From: Chiloscyllium plagiosum | Lineage: Eukaryota | Direction of reading: 5' to 3' | Assembly (NCBI RefSeq): GCF_004010195.1 | Contig: NC_057732.1 | Location: 51,813,527-51,877,526, forward strand | DNA length: 64,000 bases | In this document: one piece after another, positions 9,841-22,222 of the stretch | Numbering within the stretch: position 1 is the first letter of the stretch | How the letters are laid out: each line of letters begins with the position of its first letter | Program-made: the position numbers and the translations under genes | The notes under the pieces: model-generated | Databases searched by the model: none | Told to the model about the DNA's origin: nothing | The model's input: the letters and a program-made list of their open reading frames with translations, nothing else

Positions 9841-12800
9841 TGTCCTTCAGGATCAAATCAATGACCTGGAAAATCAAAATAAAAGGAAAAACTTACAGAT
9901 CGTGGGTCTTCTGGATCTCGTCAGCTTCTTGCAGGGGTGACTCCCAAAGTTCCTGGGGCTGGAGTTGGAGTCGGACCTGGTGAGCATGGAGCAGCCCCAC
10001 TGGATCGCAATACGCAGGCCCAGATCAGACCCACGCCCCTGCACTGTCCGAGTGCAGCTCCTGTATTATAGAGAAAAACAGTTAATAGTTGAAACAGCAA
10101 GAACATTGAGAAGGAATTCAGCTTTTCAGGAGCCCTAATTAAGAAAATAAGGACATTTGATGAAGTCAAGAAAGAATTAAATGACCTGAATATTCAATAC
10201 TCCTTGAGGTACTTGGCTGTGTTGCATTTCACCCATGGGGGGACGATATATAACCTTTACTCCACAGAAAAGGCAAAGGACTTTGTAACTTTGAATTGAA
10301 GGACCTGGATCGGCGGGGGTGGGTTAGGGGCATCATTGCAGATAATGGTGTGGGTATTTTTATTGCCCCTTTTTTAACTTCTCTCTCCCCCTTCCTTTTT
10401 CGCAGGTATTGGTTTTATATGTACAGCTTTGTTGTAAAATTGTAATTGTTTTATATATCGATCGGTTGGGTATTATCTAGGGCTCTTTTTTTTACTGCTG
10501 TCCATTTGATTTTATATTGGGGTTGGCTATATCTGTGGTTAAGATGGGTGGAGGTGGGGGATGGACATCCATTGTTAACTCTCAGAATGTAAATACCAGG
10601 TTTTCCTCATTTGTGAATTGCCTAGGGCTAGGGCATGGCCTCAGCTAGAGGGAGTTAAGATAGTAGTAAGGATTGGGAGGGGTGCCCCCTATGGACAAGG
10701 GGGAAGATCTTGAATGAATTGGGAGGTTATTTGGGTGTTTGTTTCAGCTAAATGTAGTGTTTTTTTAGCTGTAATTGTTTTTATAGGAATAGTTTTTAGA
10801 TCTCATACAGTTAATGTCTTTATAGCTCATCACACCTCCTCCTGGGAAATCATGGACTGCTCTGGATGACCATGGCTAGTGGGTTGTTCAGGTGGTGAAC
10901 CTGGAATATAAAAGGGAGCCTTTCCCCTATTAAAAGCCTTAGGAAGGAAAGGGTGGACATTGCCCTGCTGCAGGAGAAGCAATTAGATTCCCTACAGTGT
11001 GGAAACAGGCCCTTCAGCCCAACAAGTCCACACCGACCCTCCAAAGAGTAACCTACCCAGACACATTTCCGTTTAACTAATGCACCTAACACTACGGGCA
11101 ATTTAGCATGGCCAATTCACCTAACCAGCATATCTTTGGACTGTGGGAAGAAACCGGAGCACCCAGAGGAAGCCCACGCAGACACGGGGAGAATGTGCAA
11201 ACTCCACACAGACAGTCACCCAGGGCTGGAATCGAACCCGGGTCCCTGGTGCTGTGAGGCAGCAGTACTAGCCACTGAGCCACCATGCCGCCCCTATTAA
11301 CTAATAAGGAGCATCTGAAACTGCAGCAGGGGGGTTATGACAGGGTATTTTTTTTCTCATCCTTCAGCTCTAAGAGCAGAGGAGCGGCTATACTGGTAAG
11401 AGGGAACCTCCCTTTCCAGGTAACGGAGCAGATTAAGGATGAACATGGAGAGTTTATCATTCTTAAAGCCCTAATACATGGACAAGAGTATGGCAACTTG
11501 AATGTATATTGTCCTCCGGCGCCCCCTCTTAAATTTCTAATTGATGCAATGTCTAAATTAATGAATCTCGGGGTTGCCGTATGATTATAGGAGGGGATTT
11601 TAATCGCCTAATAAATTCAGTGGTTAACAGGGTGTCAAAGGGCCTGGCTGGTACGCCCGCGCAGTCATAGAGATGTGCAGCATGGAAACAGTTGGTGGAC
11701 ATGTGTGATGAGTTGGGACAAGTGGATGTGTGGAGGCACCTCCACTCTAATGGAAGAGACTTCACGTTCTATTCCAACCCACACAAGTGCCGTACCAAAT
11801 TGATGTTTTTTATGCCAACTGACGGTTTGGACAGAACATTGGCGTGCAAAATTGGGAACATAGCTATTTCCGATCATGCGGCAGTGTATCTAGATGTTAA
11901 AATCTAGGGGGGGTGGAATGGATGCACATCACTGGCGCATGGATCCATTGTTGTTAGGGGATTGCAAATTTGTTGAGTATAGCAGAAGAGAGTTCAGGGC
12001 CTTTTGGGATATCAACTCAGGTACGGCTAGTAATCTGGCAATACTTTGGGAGGCAACGAAGGCATGTTTACAAGATCTAATCATTTCATATTCGACGACT
12101 AGAAGGAGGCAGAGGGAGAAGCAGCAACGGATGCTGGAGGCCCGGCTGAAGGTAGCTGACAAGACGTATTATAATAACTCGTCATTGGTTTAGCTGCAGC
12201 GGGTCACAGCTCTCCGGGCTGCTCTCAACTCAATGCACACACAAGAAACCAAAAAAAGAGGTCTCTTTTGCCAAACAAAGACTGTTTCAATTTGGAGATA
12301 AGCCTGGTAGATATCTGGCTTATTTGACTAGGAGGAAAAAAGCTTCCCCATCTATTACATCTGTTAGGCAGAAGGCTGGTACAGTTACCCGTAAATTGAA
12401 GAAGGTAATGTTAGGTTTAGGGAATACTTTACAGAGCTACATCAGTCGGAGGGCGCCAAACACAGTACAATGGGAACGCAGTCCTTTTTTGAAAATCTGG
12501 ACCTCCCCAATATAAGAATGGAGCAGGCTTCCCTTTTGAATGTGCCTCTAACAGTACTGGAAGTGCAGGAAGCAATAAGGCATCTCCAGGGTGGCAAAAC
12601 ACCGGGACCAGATGGATTCCCAACTGAATTCTATAAGGAACTCTTAAACATGTTAGTGGAGCCACTTCTGGCGATGTATAGCTATTCTTATATACAGGAT
12701 TATCTGCCACTCACTCTCAGAGAGGCTAATATCACCCTCATTTTAAAGAACATGCTTTGTATAGACCACATTTGCTGCTGAATGCAGATTTTAAAATTCT

Positions 12801-15316
12801 ATCCAAGATGTAGGCTCTGAGGTTGGAGAAGTTCCTGTCCCATATTATAAAAGAAGACCAGACAGGTTTTGTTAAGGGCCGTAGCTCCTCCAACAATATC
12901 AGGAGAGTACTGAACACAGTACAGGTATGCCAGCAAAGATTGATCCTGGGTTTGGTGGTCTCCCTAGACGCAGAAAAAATGTTTCATCAGATGGAATAGC
13001 CGTATCTATTTCGGGTCCACAAGCACTTTGGTTTGGAGGGGTCCTTTGCCAGATGGGTAGCAGTACTGTATAATGATCCTAAGGTGGTAGTCATTACAAA
13101 CGGTGCTAAGTCAGATAACTTTAACATTGGAAGAGGTACTCGACAGGGGTGTTCTTTATCACCGCTGATATTTACCTTGGCACTTGAGCCGTTAGCCAAA
13201 ACTATCAGGAGGGCTCCTGAAATAGTAGTGCCAAAGGTGGGAATGGGGAGCATAAGATCACCCTATATGCTGACGATGTCCTTTTGTTTTTGGCCAATCC
13301 GGAGAAGTCTGTTCCTCGACTGATTCAAACAATTAATTCATACGGTGGTTTCTCGGGTTACAGGATCAATTTTACAAAATTGGAAGCCATGCTGGTAGGG
13401 GGATTAGTGGAGGTGCCTAATCTGAAGGATGGAATGCAGTTCCCGTTTAGATGGTCACCAAAAGGTTTGTTGTCCTTGGGAATTTTTATTACCCCTTCCT
13501 TCCACCAGCTGTATAAAGCTAACTATGTACAACCACTAGAGAGGATAAAACAGGATTTGCAGCGGTGGGAGGGGTTACCCTTATCATGGTTGGGCTGAAT
13601 AGCCCTGATGAAGATGAATGTTCTTCCTCGCCTGTTATACCCCATGAGAATGCCCCCCTTGTTGTTACCTAGACAAGTGTTACGGAGGCTCAATGGTTGG
13701 CTAGAGTCCTTTATTTGGTGCTACAGGTGCCCTCTCATTAAATTCACTAAATTGAAGCTTTCGCAGGGTCAGGGAGGGATGGATCTCCCAGATTTAAAGA
13801 AATACAAATACCTGGCTAACATATGTTGGTGGCTGGGTATGGGAGAATTTGGGAGTCAATTTGGCTTGATCTTGAAGCCTCATAATTGGGCTGTCCTTTC
13901 GTTAATTTATTATTTATGGACAAGATGGAATCCGTCACCCAACAGTGTAAAAGCCCAATTATTATAAATATGGTGAGTACCTGGAGGATAATGAGGCAAG
14001 GCGAGGGCAATTGGTCTAAGACTTCGCCATTTACCCTGTTGAAGGGAGCCAAAGGATTTAAACCTGGGCCAATGGACTCCGGCTTTAAGGCATGGGAGAA
14101 TAAGGGAATCTCCTGTCTGGGAGATTTATTCGAGGGGGAGGTCCTGGTGTCATTTAGTCAGTTAAGTCAGAAATATGGATTGTCTAACAGGGACCTTTTC
14201 CAATACTTTCAGGTAAGGGACTGTATACAGAGGAAGGCCACGCTCCTGGCCCAATGTTACAAATCAGATGTGGAGAAAAGAGTACTCCGGTGTATGGGTG
14301 CTCTCTCAGTCAGTACTTTATATCAGCTACAGAAAGGTCGTGCTCTAGGGGACATGGAAGGACTCTGTAGGACATGGAATCAAGAGCTAGGAGAGGATAT
14401 TTCATCAGAGGTATGGGAAGACGTCTGGGGAATGTAAGAAAATCTTAGTATGTAACAGAGTGCAGGCCATACAATTGAAGATCTTACATAGGGCTCATTT
14501 GGTGCGAGAGAGGCTAGCTAAGTTCAAGAGAGGAGTATCATCAGGGTGTCCCAAATGTAACATTAGTATAGGCACTCTTACACACATTGCTATTGGTCAT
14601 GTTGTAAGATCCAGAGATACTGGAGTGCTATAGTAAGGGAGCTAAAGGACATCCTGGGGATTGAAATTAACGTGGATCCAATAATTCTTATTTTGGGATT
14701 GCCAAATTCGCCCTCTCTGGGGGAACACGGGAAGAAACTGTGTAACATCCTTACCCATTGCACGAGGAAGAACATTCTACTGAACTGGATGTCAGAAGAG
14801 CCACCAGGTCTTACGCGGTGGCATCGGCTAGTGATGGAGCATCTCCCCCAAGATTACCTCACAGATATAGTGCACCACAAAAGACATTTTACAAGACGTG
14901 ACGGCCCTTTTTAATTTATATTGATGCAGACTTATCAGTAATATTAATTAGGGCCGTGGTATAGCCATGGGAATCAGTATGGGTGCCCGTGGAGCCCTGG
15001 GAGGAGGAGACTGGGGGGGAAAAGAATATGGGTACTGTAGATGGTGCTCCCAGGGATGGGAGCCTCAATGGAGATGTGATGAGTGAGACAGAATAAAGTA
15101 GTGAGATATTATTTAAGTTATTTGAATTTAGTTTAAATTAGTATTTATTTAACATGCTTGTAGTTTAATTTCAGTAGATATGTCTGTTTTGGTAGAATAG
15201 TAGGTCATTCATTAACAATAGGACTGCCTTTTTTTCTGTTTTGATGATTTTTTTGTATATAGATATTTTGTAACACATTTAAAAACGTTTTCAATAAAAA
15301 TATTTAGAAAAAAAAG
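9841..15316 (+). mobile_element. 5'-truncated, decayed L1/Tx1-clade LINE (ORF1 remnant, ORF2 EN-RT-CCHC, polyA), interrupted by an HE1 SINE
   Basis: ORF1 DLENQNKRKNLQIVGL at about 9850; ORF2 from ATG 10872 with WNIKG, LQE, GGDFN, SDH, GPDGF, QGCSLSPLIF, YADD (about 13265) and CPKC..HC; AATAAA and A-tail at 15293-15316; many stops and frameshifts. Confidence 0.9.
10982..11294 (-). mobile_element. HE1-type V-SINE inserted in the L1 endonuclease domain
   Basis: SINE consensus; L1 frame resumes as TNKEHLKL after it. Confidence 0.9.
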
Positions 15317-15539
15317 GGAAGCAAATGCTGGCCTTGTTAGCAACACCCACACCCCATAAAAAAATAAAGAAAACTTGTTCCAACAGCCCTGGCAGCACTA
15401 AGATTCGCACTGGGCATCACCTGGACTGCAGGTAGGTCCATGAAGGTGCTCCCACGGAAACCCAGATTCCAACATGTTTCGCCAGCATTTCCCATTTTTA
15501 TTCCAGGAAGGTTGGGGAGCTTTGGGCAGGGAATGGGAC

Positions 15540-15980
15540 ACTTCCTCCAAACGAAAGGAGTTCTTTCCAATCCTCCCACTTCCTCCAAACCAAAGGAGTA
15601 ACCATGGGGACCTGCATGGGCCCCAGCTATGCCTGCCTCTTCGTAGGATATGTGGAACAGTCCATCTTCCGCAACTACACTGGCCCCACCTCCCACCTTT
15701 TTCTCCGCGACATCGATGACTGTATCGGCGCCGCCTCGTGCTCCCACGAGGAGGCTGAACAGTTTATCCACTTCACCAACACCTTCCACCCCGACCTCAA
15801 ATTCACCTGGACAGTCGACGCCCCTCCCCCAAGTCCCTCCTCCCCACCTTTTATCTTAGCCTGCTGGACAAACTTTCCTCATTCCTGAAGAAGGGCTTAT
15901 GCCCGAAATGTCGATTCTCCTGTTTCCTGGATGCTGCCTGACCTGCTGCGCTTTTCCAGCAACACATTTTCAGCTCTGAT
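15540..15980 (+). mobile_element. PLE reverse transcriptase fragment joined to a pseudo-LTR with hammerhead core
   Basis: QTKGVTMGTCMGPSYACLF...FLRDIDD...FHPDLKFT; cCTGAAGAagggcttatgcccGAAA at about 15885-15908. Confidence 0.85.
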
Positions 15981-16343
15981 TCAGAAGGGTGGTGAGCTGC
16001 ATGGAATATTTGTCTTCATGTCTCTATAGATAGCTGAGGCAATAGGGCGTTATCCATTGAAGGGGGGGAGGGCACTGAGGGCAGAAATAAAGTTTGAGTC
16101 CAATTTTTAGGATGTGGGCATTGTTGGCTGAGCCACAGTATATTGCCCAGAAAACAACTCTACTGAGATCAGTTATTTTTACAGAAATACCCATTGGATT
16201 TTTGGAAGAGCTTCTGTGATAAGATGTTTCATACTCCAAATGCACAATCTAAAACTCCTTCATGTTACAAAAAAAAAGACCGCAGCAAACACTGTCAAGA
16301 GCTTAGGATTCAACCATATTGCCATTGGTATGGAGTCACAGGT

Positions 16344-16661
16344 TTTAGATTAGATTCCCTACAGTGTGGAAACAGGCCCTTCGGGCCAACCAGTCCACAC
16401 CGACCCTCTGAAGAGTAACCCACCCAGACCCATTTCCCCCTGACTAATGCACCTAACATTATAGGTAATTTAGCATGGCCAATTCACCTGACCTGCACAT
16501 CTCTGGAGTGTGGGAGGAAACCGGGGCACCCGGAGGAAACACAAGCAGACACAGGGAGAATGTGCAAACTCCACACAGACAGTCACCCAAGGCAGGAATC
16601 AAGTCTGGGTCCCTGGCATTGTGATGCAGCAGTGCTAACCAGTGAGCCACTGTGCTGCCCC
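16344..16661 (-). mobile_element. HE1-type V-SINE
   Basis: Family consensus. Confidence 0.9.
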
Positions 16662-17164
16662 TGTGTAGTTCAGACTGGAAAAGGATAGTAGTTTTCTTCT
16701 CTAAAGGACAGGAGTGAACCAGATTTATTTTCCCCAACAATTGGCAATGTTTCAATAATCATCATTAGAGTCTTAAATTAATGAAGACAATCTTCTTTGA
16801 ACTCCAAATATTGTTTTGTTGCCAATCGATACTACCACGCCAGCTGGGTTCCCGCAGCATTCTGTGTTTATTTCCGTTTTCCAACAAGTAGCATTTTGCA
16901 TTCAAACTGTAGGGAATCTAATCTAATCTAACCTCCTGTATCCTGTTGGGAGAATTACAATACATCAAATATATATCAGTCATCATCATGTAAGGAGGGA
17001 TAGGCACTTAACAGGGCAAAAGTATAGCCAGTCTGATGGGTTGAAGTGTGTCTATTTTAATGCAAGAAGTATCAGGAATAAGGATGACAAACGCAGAGCA
17101 TGGATCAGTACTTGGAACTATAATGTTATGGCCATTAGAGAAACTTAATATCACAGGGGCAGGA

Positions 17165-17435
17165 CTCTTTGCTACCTTCCCCACCCTCCTCTCTGACCTA
17201 TCACCTCAATCCCCACCCCCATTCACCTATTGCACTCTATGCTACTTTCCTCCCACCTCCACCCCCCTCTCATTTATCTCTCCACTCTGCAGGCACCCTG
17301 CCTCTATTCCTGATGAAGGGCTTTTGCCTAAAACATCGATTTTCCTGCTCCTCGGATGCTGCCTGACCTGCTGTACTTTTCCAGCACCATTCTAATCTAG
17401 ACTCTGGTTTCCAGCATCTGCAGTCCTTGTTTTAA
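17165..17435 (+). mobile_element. PLE pseudo-LTR fragment
   Basis: C-rich body, CTGATGAagggcttttgcc core and family tail. Confidence 0.7.
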
Positions 17436-17504
17436 CCAGTGCTAACCATGGAGCCACCGTGCTGCCCTTTATGGTTGTTGGTACAGTTGCCTAGGAATAG
17501 AGCA

Positions 17505-17830
17505 CCTGTTTGGGGAGTTTCGTGTCAGTCATGGTCAGCTCATCACATCTGATCAAAGGTGGTCAGTGCCTCGATGCTGGGAATGTTGACCTGATCAAGG
17601 ACACTGGTGTTGATGTTGCTTTCTTCCCAACAAATGTGATCTTGCGCAGGCAGCATTTGATGGTACTGCTCCACTGCCTTGAGATGTCTGCTGTAGTCTG
17701 TCCATTTTTCAGAGCCATAGAGGAGGATGGGAACCACCATGGATTAGTAAACCATGGTCTCTGTGTCAGATCTGATGCTGTTGTTCTTGAACACCCTAGC
17801 AAACTGGGGGCGGTGTTGGATCTCTTCAAC
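17505..17830 (-). mobile_element. RTE-clade LINE fragment
   Basis: VVPILLYGSEKW...CLRKI..W...VL..NIPSI is a typical RTE C-terminal motif. Confidence 0.7.
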
Positions 17831-18009
17831 AAAAGCTGGTTTGCCTAACAGTTAATAAACCAAAACTAATTTAGAGCTTCTCCTCCAGAACACTTTTGCC
17901 TTCTGCCCTTACCAAGATGGCGGCGTTGAGTTCTGCTTTCGGGTCACATGGGGCCAGACCTGCCGTGACGTGACGCTCGGTGAAGCAGTGGGAGTGGGGA
18001 ATGCCAGCT

Positions 18010-18330
18010 GGTGCGTCTGCGCATTCAGTTCCGGTTGTGAGGGGGAGGAGAGTGCCGTCTGTTGCGGCTGCGCATTGAGTTCTGGTTGTGGGGGAGCGGA
18101 GAGTGCCGTGTTTGCGGCTGCGCATTGAGTTCTGGTTGTGGGGGAGCGGAGAGTGCCGTCTGTTGCGGCTGCGCATTGAACTCTGGTTGTGGAGGGATGG
18201 TGTAGTCTGTTGCGGCTGCGAATTGAATTCTGGTTGCGGAGAAGAGGAGAGTGCCGTGTGTTGCGGCTGCGCATTGAGTTCAGTTTGTGGCAGGGAGGCG
18301 AGTGCCGTGTATTGCGACTGCGCAGTGGTG
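18010..18330. repeat. CpG-rich minisatellite, about 51-bp unit x7
   Basis: TGCGCA/TGCGAA at 18018, 18069, 18119, 18170, 18217, 18268 and 18319. Confidence 0.9.
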
Positions 18331-18344
18331 ACGGTGTTGGTGTT

Positions 18345-18353
18345 ATGGCGGCG
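18345..18353 (+). CDS. OPTN: Putative OPTN exon 1 coding tip (M-A-A) before the donor GCG|GTGAGT
   Basis: Consensus donor at 18354; ATG GCG GCG is phase 0 and in frame with the exon starting at 23718. Confidence 0.45.
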
Positions 18354-18666
18354 GTGAGTGTTGTGTTTACGGTGTGCGGGTCTTTAACATGAACAACTGC
18401 GGCATCGCGCGGGTCAGGGAAAGTACATGTCCCATTTCACTATCGAAAACAGGGAGTCTGAGCGCACCGTCCTCTTGCTTTGGGGAGGGGGGGGAGAGAG
18501 GAGCGGGAGGAGGCGCGGGCGGTTGTAGCCGGTTCGGGCGCCCCTCTCGCCGAGCGGTACAGCCGCCTGCTCCCCAGGCCCGTACCTGTTGACCTGGGAG
18601 TTAGGGTTTAACGTTGGTCAGTGCCGGGCTCTCGCTGAGGGAAGCTGGATTGGCCACTAGAGATGG

Positions 18667-18703
18667 GAAAGTGAAAGTGATAGTGAGTGGGGAAAGTGAA
18701 AGT
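18667..18703 (+). promoter_or_regulatory. Twin IRF-1/ISRE elements GAAAGTGAAAGT in putative OPTN intron 1
   Basis: Exact 12-mers at 18667-18678 and 18692-18703. Confidence 0.6.
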
Positions 18704-18769
18704 GATGGTTGGTTGTTTTGAGCGAAGAACTTGGACCTGTTGATGTTTGTGACATTCCTTAATTGTCAT

Positions 18770-19200
18770 AGTCATAGAGATGTACATCATGGAAACAAAC
18801 CCTTCGGTCTAACCCATCCATACCGACCAGATATCCCAACCCAATCTAGTCCCACCTGCCAGCACCCGGCCCATATCCTTCCAAACCCTTCCTATTCATA
18901 TACCCATCCAAATGCCTCTTAAATGTTTCTATTGTACCAGTCTCCACCACATCGCCTGGCAGCTCATTCCATACACGTACCATCCTCTGTGTGAAAAGGT
19001 TGCCCCTTAGGTCTCTTTTATGTCTTTCCCCTCCCACCCTAAACCTATGCTCTCTAGTTCTGGACTCCCTGCTTCCAGGGAAAAGACTTTGTCTATTTAT
19101 CCTATCCATGCCCCTCATAATTTTGTAAACCTGTATGAGGTCACCCCTCAGCCTCCGATGCTCCAGGGAAAATAGCCCCAGCCTGTTCAGCCTCTCCCAA
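18770..19200 (-). mobile_element. CR1/HER1 LINE 3' end
   Basis: RLNRLGLFSLEHRRLRGDLIQVYKIM...WNELP. Confidence 0.9.
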
Positions 19201-19284
19201 ATGCCTTGTCTCAGGTGCACTGTCAGTCCTTCAGGAGTGTCATTGTCCAATAAACCAGACTAGTAAACCTGGGAACAAGGTTGA

Positions 19285-20720
19285 AAAGTCACAAGTGTGT
19301 TGCTTGGAAAACACAGTAGGTCACACAGCATCCGAGGAGCAGGAGAATCGACGTTTCGGGCAAAAGCCCTTCATCAGGAATGAGGCATATGGATCGGGGG
19401 CTGAAAGATAAATGGGAAGGGGTGGGGCTGGGAGGAGGGGGAAGGTGGCTGAGAAAGTTATAGGTAGATGAAGGTGAGAGAGAATGTGATAGGTCAGAGG
19501 GGAGTGATGCACAGGTCTGGAGGGTGGTGACTGGGATAATGTGGGAGGAGGGGAAATTAGGAAGCTGTTGAAATCCAGTTTATCCCGGGCGCAACGGATG
19601 CAGTAGATGACATTGGTAGTGGTACAGGTAAATTTCTGACACGTGGAAGGATCCACTGAAAGACTGAAGCGACTGGGCTTGTATACCCTTGAGTTTAGAA
19701 GACTGAGAGGGGATCTGATTGAGACATATAAGATTATTAAAGGATTGGACACTCTGGAGGCAGGAAACATGTTTCCGCTGATGGGTGAGTGTCGAACCAG
19801 AGGACACAGCTTAAAAATACGGGGTAGATCATTTAGGACAGAGATGAGGAGAAACTTGTTCACCCAGAGAGTGGTGGCTGTGTGGGATGCTCTGCCCCAG
19901 AGGGCAGTGGAGGCCCAGTCTCTGGATTCATTTAAGAAAGAGTTGGATAGAGCTCTCAAAGATAGTGGAATCAAGGGTTATGGAGATAAGGCAGGAAGAG
20001 GATACTGATTAGGAATGATCAGCCATGATCATATTGAATGGCGGTGCAGGCTCGAAGGGCTGAATGGCCTACTCCTGCACTTATTGTCTATTGTCTATTG
20101 ATCCCATGGGACCGTGGATAGGGGTGAGGGGAGTGATGTGGGCACAGGCTTTGCACTTTCTGCAGTGGCAAGGAAAGGTGTTGGCTGATGGGGATTGTGG
20201 ACCTGATGAGGGAGTTGCGGAGGGAATGGTCTGGGCAGGGAAATATATATGTGGTGGTGGGGTCTGTTTGGAGGTAGCGGAGGTGACCGACGATGATGCG
20301 ATGTATGCGGAGGTTGATGGGGTGAAAGGTGAGGACCGGGTGATTCTGTCCTTGTTGCTTTGGGAGGGGTGGGGTTCAAGGGCGGTGATGCATGAAGTGG
20401 AGGAGGTGCGCCTCTACCTATATCATCTACTGCATCCGTAGCACCCAATGTGGTCTCCTGTACATCGGGGAGACAGGACACCTTCTTGTGGATCGTTTCA
20501 GAGAACATCTCTGGGACATCTGCACCAAGCAACCCCACCACCTCGTGGCTGAAACCTCCCACTTCCCACTTTGTCAAGGACATGCAGATCCTGAGTCATG
20601 GCCAAACATTTATCACCTGACGTCTGGAGGAGGAGCCCCTCATATTCTGTTTTGGGACCCTGCAACCACACATTTTCCCCTCCCTCACATTATCGCAATC
20701 CTAAGCATCTAACGTGGCAC
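19285..20720 (-). mobile_element. Rearranged PLE (GIY-YIG pieces on both strands) containing a CR1 insertion
   Basis: CQKFTCTTTNVIYCIRC on minus and IIYCIRSTQCGLLYIGETG on plus; pseudo-LTR at 19285-19570. Confidence 0.75.
19655..20099 (+). mobile_element. Young CR1 LINE 3' end with (CTATTGT)n tail
   Basis: RLKRLGLYTLEFRRLRGDLIETYKII; flanked by GATCC at 19650-19654 and 20100-20104. Confidence 0.9.
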
Positions 20721-21509
20721 CACCCTCTGGATCTGTCCATCACCTTTCCTTCACCTTCATCCATCTTCTGTGTTCTGTCACATGTGGATGTTTAAGATTC
20801 CCTAGTACTAATTTGAAGAAATGGTTATGGAATCGGATAAAGATTGGGAAGTTCTGGAAATAGTCAGGTCAGACGTCATCTGTGTGGAGAGAAACAGACT
20901 CAATATTTCAGGTCTGTGACCTGTGAAGGTTTGGATGTGTAATGAGTTTTAAACAAGGTGGAGGAAGGAAAGGAAGAGCAAAAGGGAACTCTGATAGGTG
21001 GGAGACAAAGATTAAATCGCAAAAAATGTCAGGGTTTTGTGATCTGCAATTGTTGAGCTCAATGGTGAGTCCAGAAGGATGTAAAATTTTAGATTGAAAG
21101 ATGATGTACTGTTCATCGAGTTTAAATTGAGTTTTATTTGAAGAGTGTAGCTCACTGAAGTCAGAGAGGTCCGATTAAGGGAGGAATTGAAATGACAGCA
21201 ACAGGAAAAGGCAGGATTATGTTTGTTGATTAAATGGAAGTGTTCCAGAAAGCGATCACTCATTTTACAATGCAAGCACAGCACTGCAAGCAAAGAATAT
21301 TATGAATGAAATCACTATCTTAACTGGTAAGAGACTTTGTGGCTGTGATAGTGAGAAGATAGAAGGGAAGGAGCTACATCTGTGCTCACATGGAACGATG
21401 CCTTAAGAAGGAGAAGGGATATTTAAAAAATAGATTAGGGTGTAACTGAATGCATGGTCCCTTCAGAAGGTTGATGTTGAAATTGCAAAGATTGGTAATG
21501 ACATCATGC

Positions 21510-21760
21510 TGGAGGTAATGGAAGTGGATGATTTGTAAACAAATGAAAGCCAAATGGTGAAAGATGAGGATTAGAGAACCTGATTGTCGTTCTGGGAGAT
21601 ATGGGGGGTGGGCGGGGAAGTGAGAATAGAAGTAGTGGAGGTAATGGAAGTGGATGATTTGTAAACAAATGAAAGCCAAATGTGAAAGATGAGGATTAGA
21701 GAACCTGATTGTCGTTCTGGGAGATATGGGGGGTGGGCGGGGAAGTGAGAATAGAAGTAG
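21510..21760. repeat. Near-perfect tandem duplication (126 bp and 125 bp)
   Basis: 21510-21635 and 21636-21760 differ by one G. Confidence 0.9.
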
Positions 21761-21829
21761 TGGAAGTAGAATGGCCATCACTGACGGCCCTGGCAACTAC
21801 AGTGGGAGCACGTTAAGGAAGAAATACAA

Positions 21830-22222
21830 ACCTAGTTGAGTTTTTTAATGAAGAAACTAAAACATTGATGAGGGCAGAGTGGTAGACGTTCTGCATGATA
21901 GATCACATTGGGATCAGGATGAGCTTGCCAATTGGTTACAAAATTGGCTTCATGTTAGGAGGCAGGGTTGCTTTTCTGACTGGAAGCCTGTCACCAGTTG
22001 TGTTCCACAGGGATCAGTACAGGATCCACTTTTGTCTGTTATTTACTGAAATGATTTGGATGAGAATAAAGAAGGCATGGTTGGTAAGTTTGCAGATGAC
22101 AGCTTGGTGGTATAATGGACAGTGAAGAAGTTATCTAAGATTACAAAGAGATCATGATCAATTGGGTTAATGGGCACAAGAGTGGCAGAAAGAGTTTAAT
22201 TTGGACAAATGAGATATTGCAT
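21830..22222 (+). mobile_element. CR1 RT fragment, resuming at about 23285-23325 after a PLE insertion
   Basis: ccacagggatcagt and agtttgcagatgac (KFADD) motifs. Confidence 0.7.

Larger units (their letters stand above)
17905..18720 (+). promoter_or_regulatory. OPTN: CpG-island promoter of OPTN: YY1 motif CAAGATGGCGGC (about 17913), CRE-like TGACGTGA (about 17966), NRF1-like repeats, IRF elements
   Basis: Only CpG-dense non-transposon region in the window; motifs seen directly; lies upstream of the first conserved coding exon. Confidence 0.75.

Noticed and set aside
9841-15316. Active L1 element
   Set aside because: Numerous stops and frameshifts, a SINE insertion in the endonuclease domain and no 5' end
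17871-18392. Repetitive ORFs on both strands as a novel protein
   Set aside because: They are by-products of a GC-rich 51-bp tandem repeat with indels that switch frames
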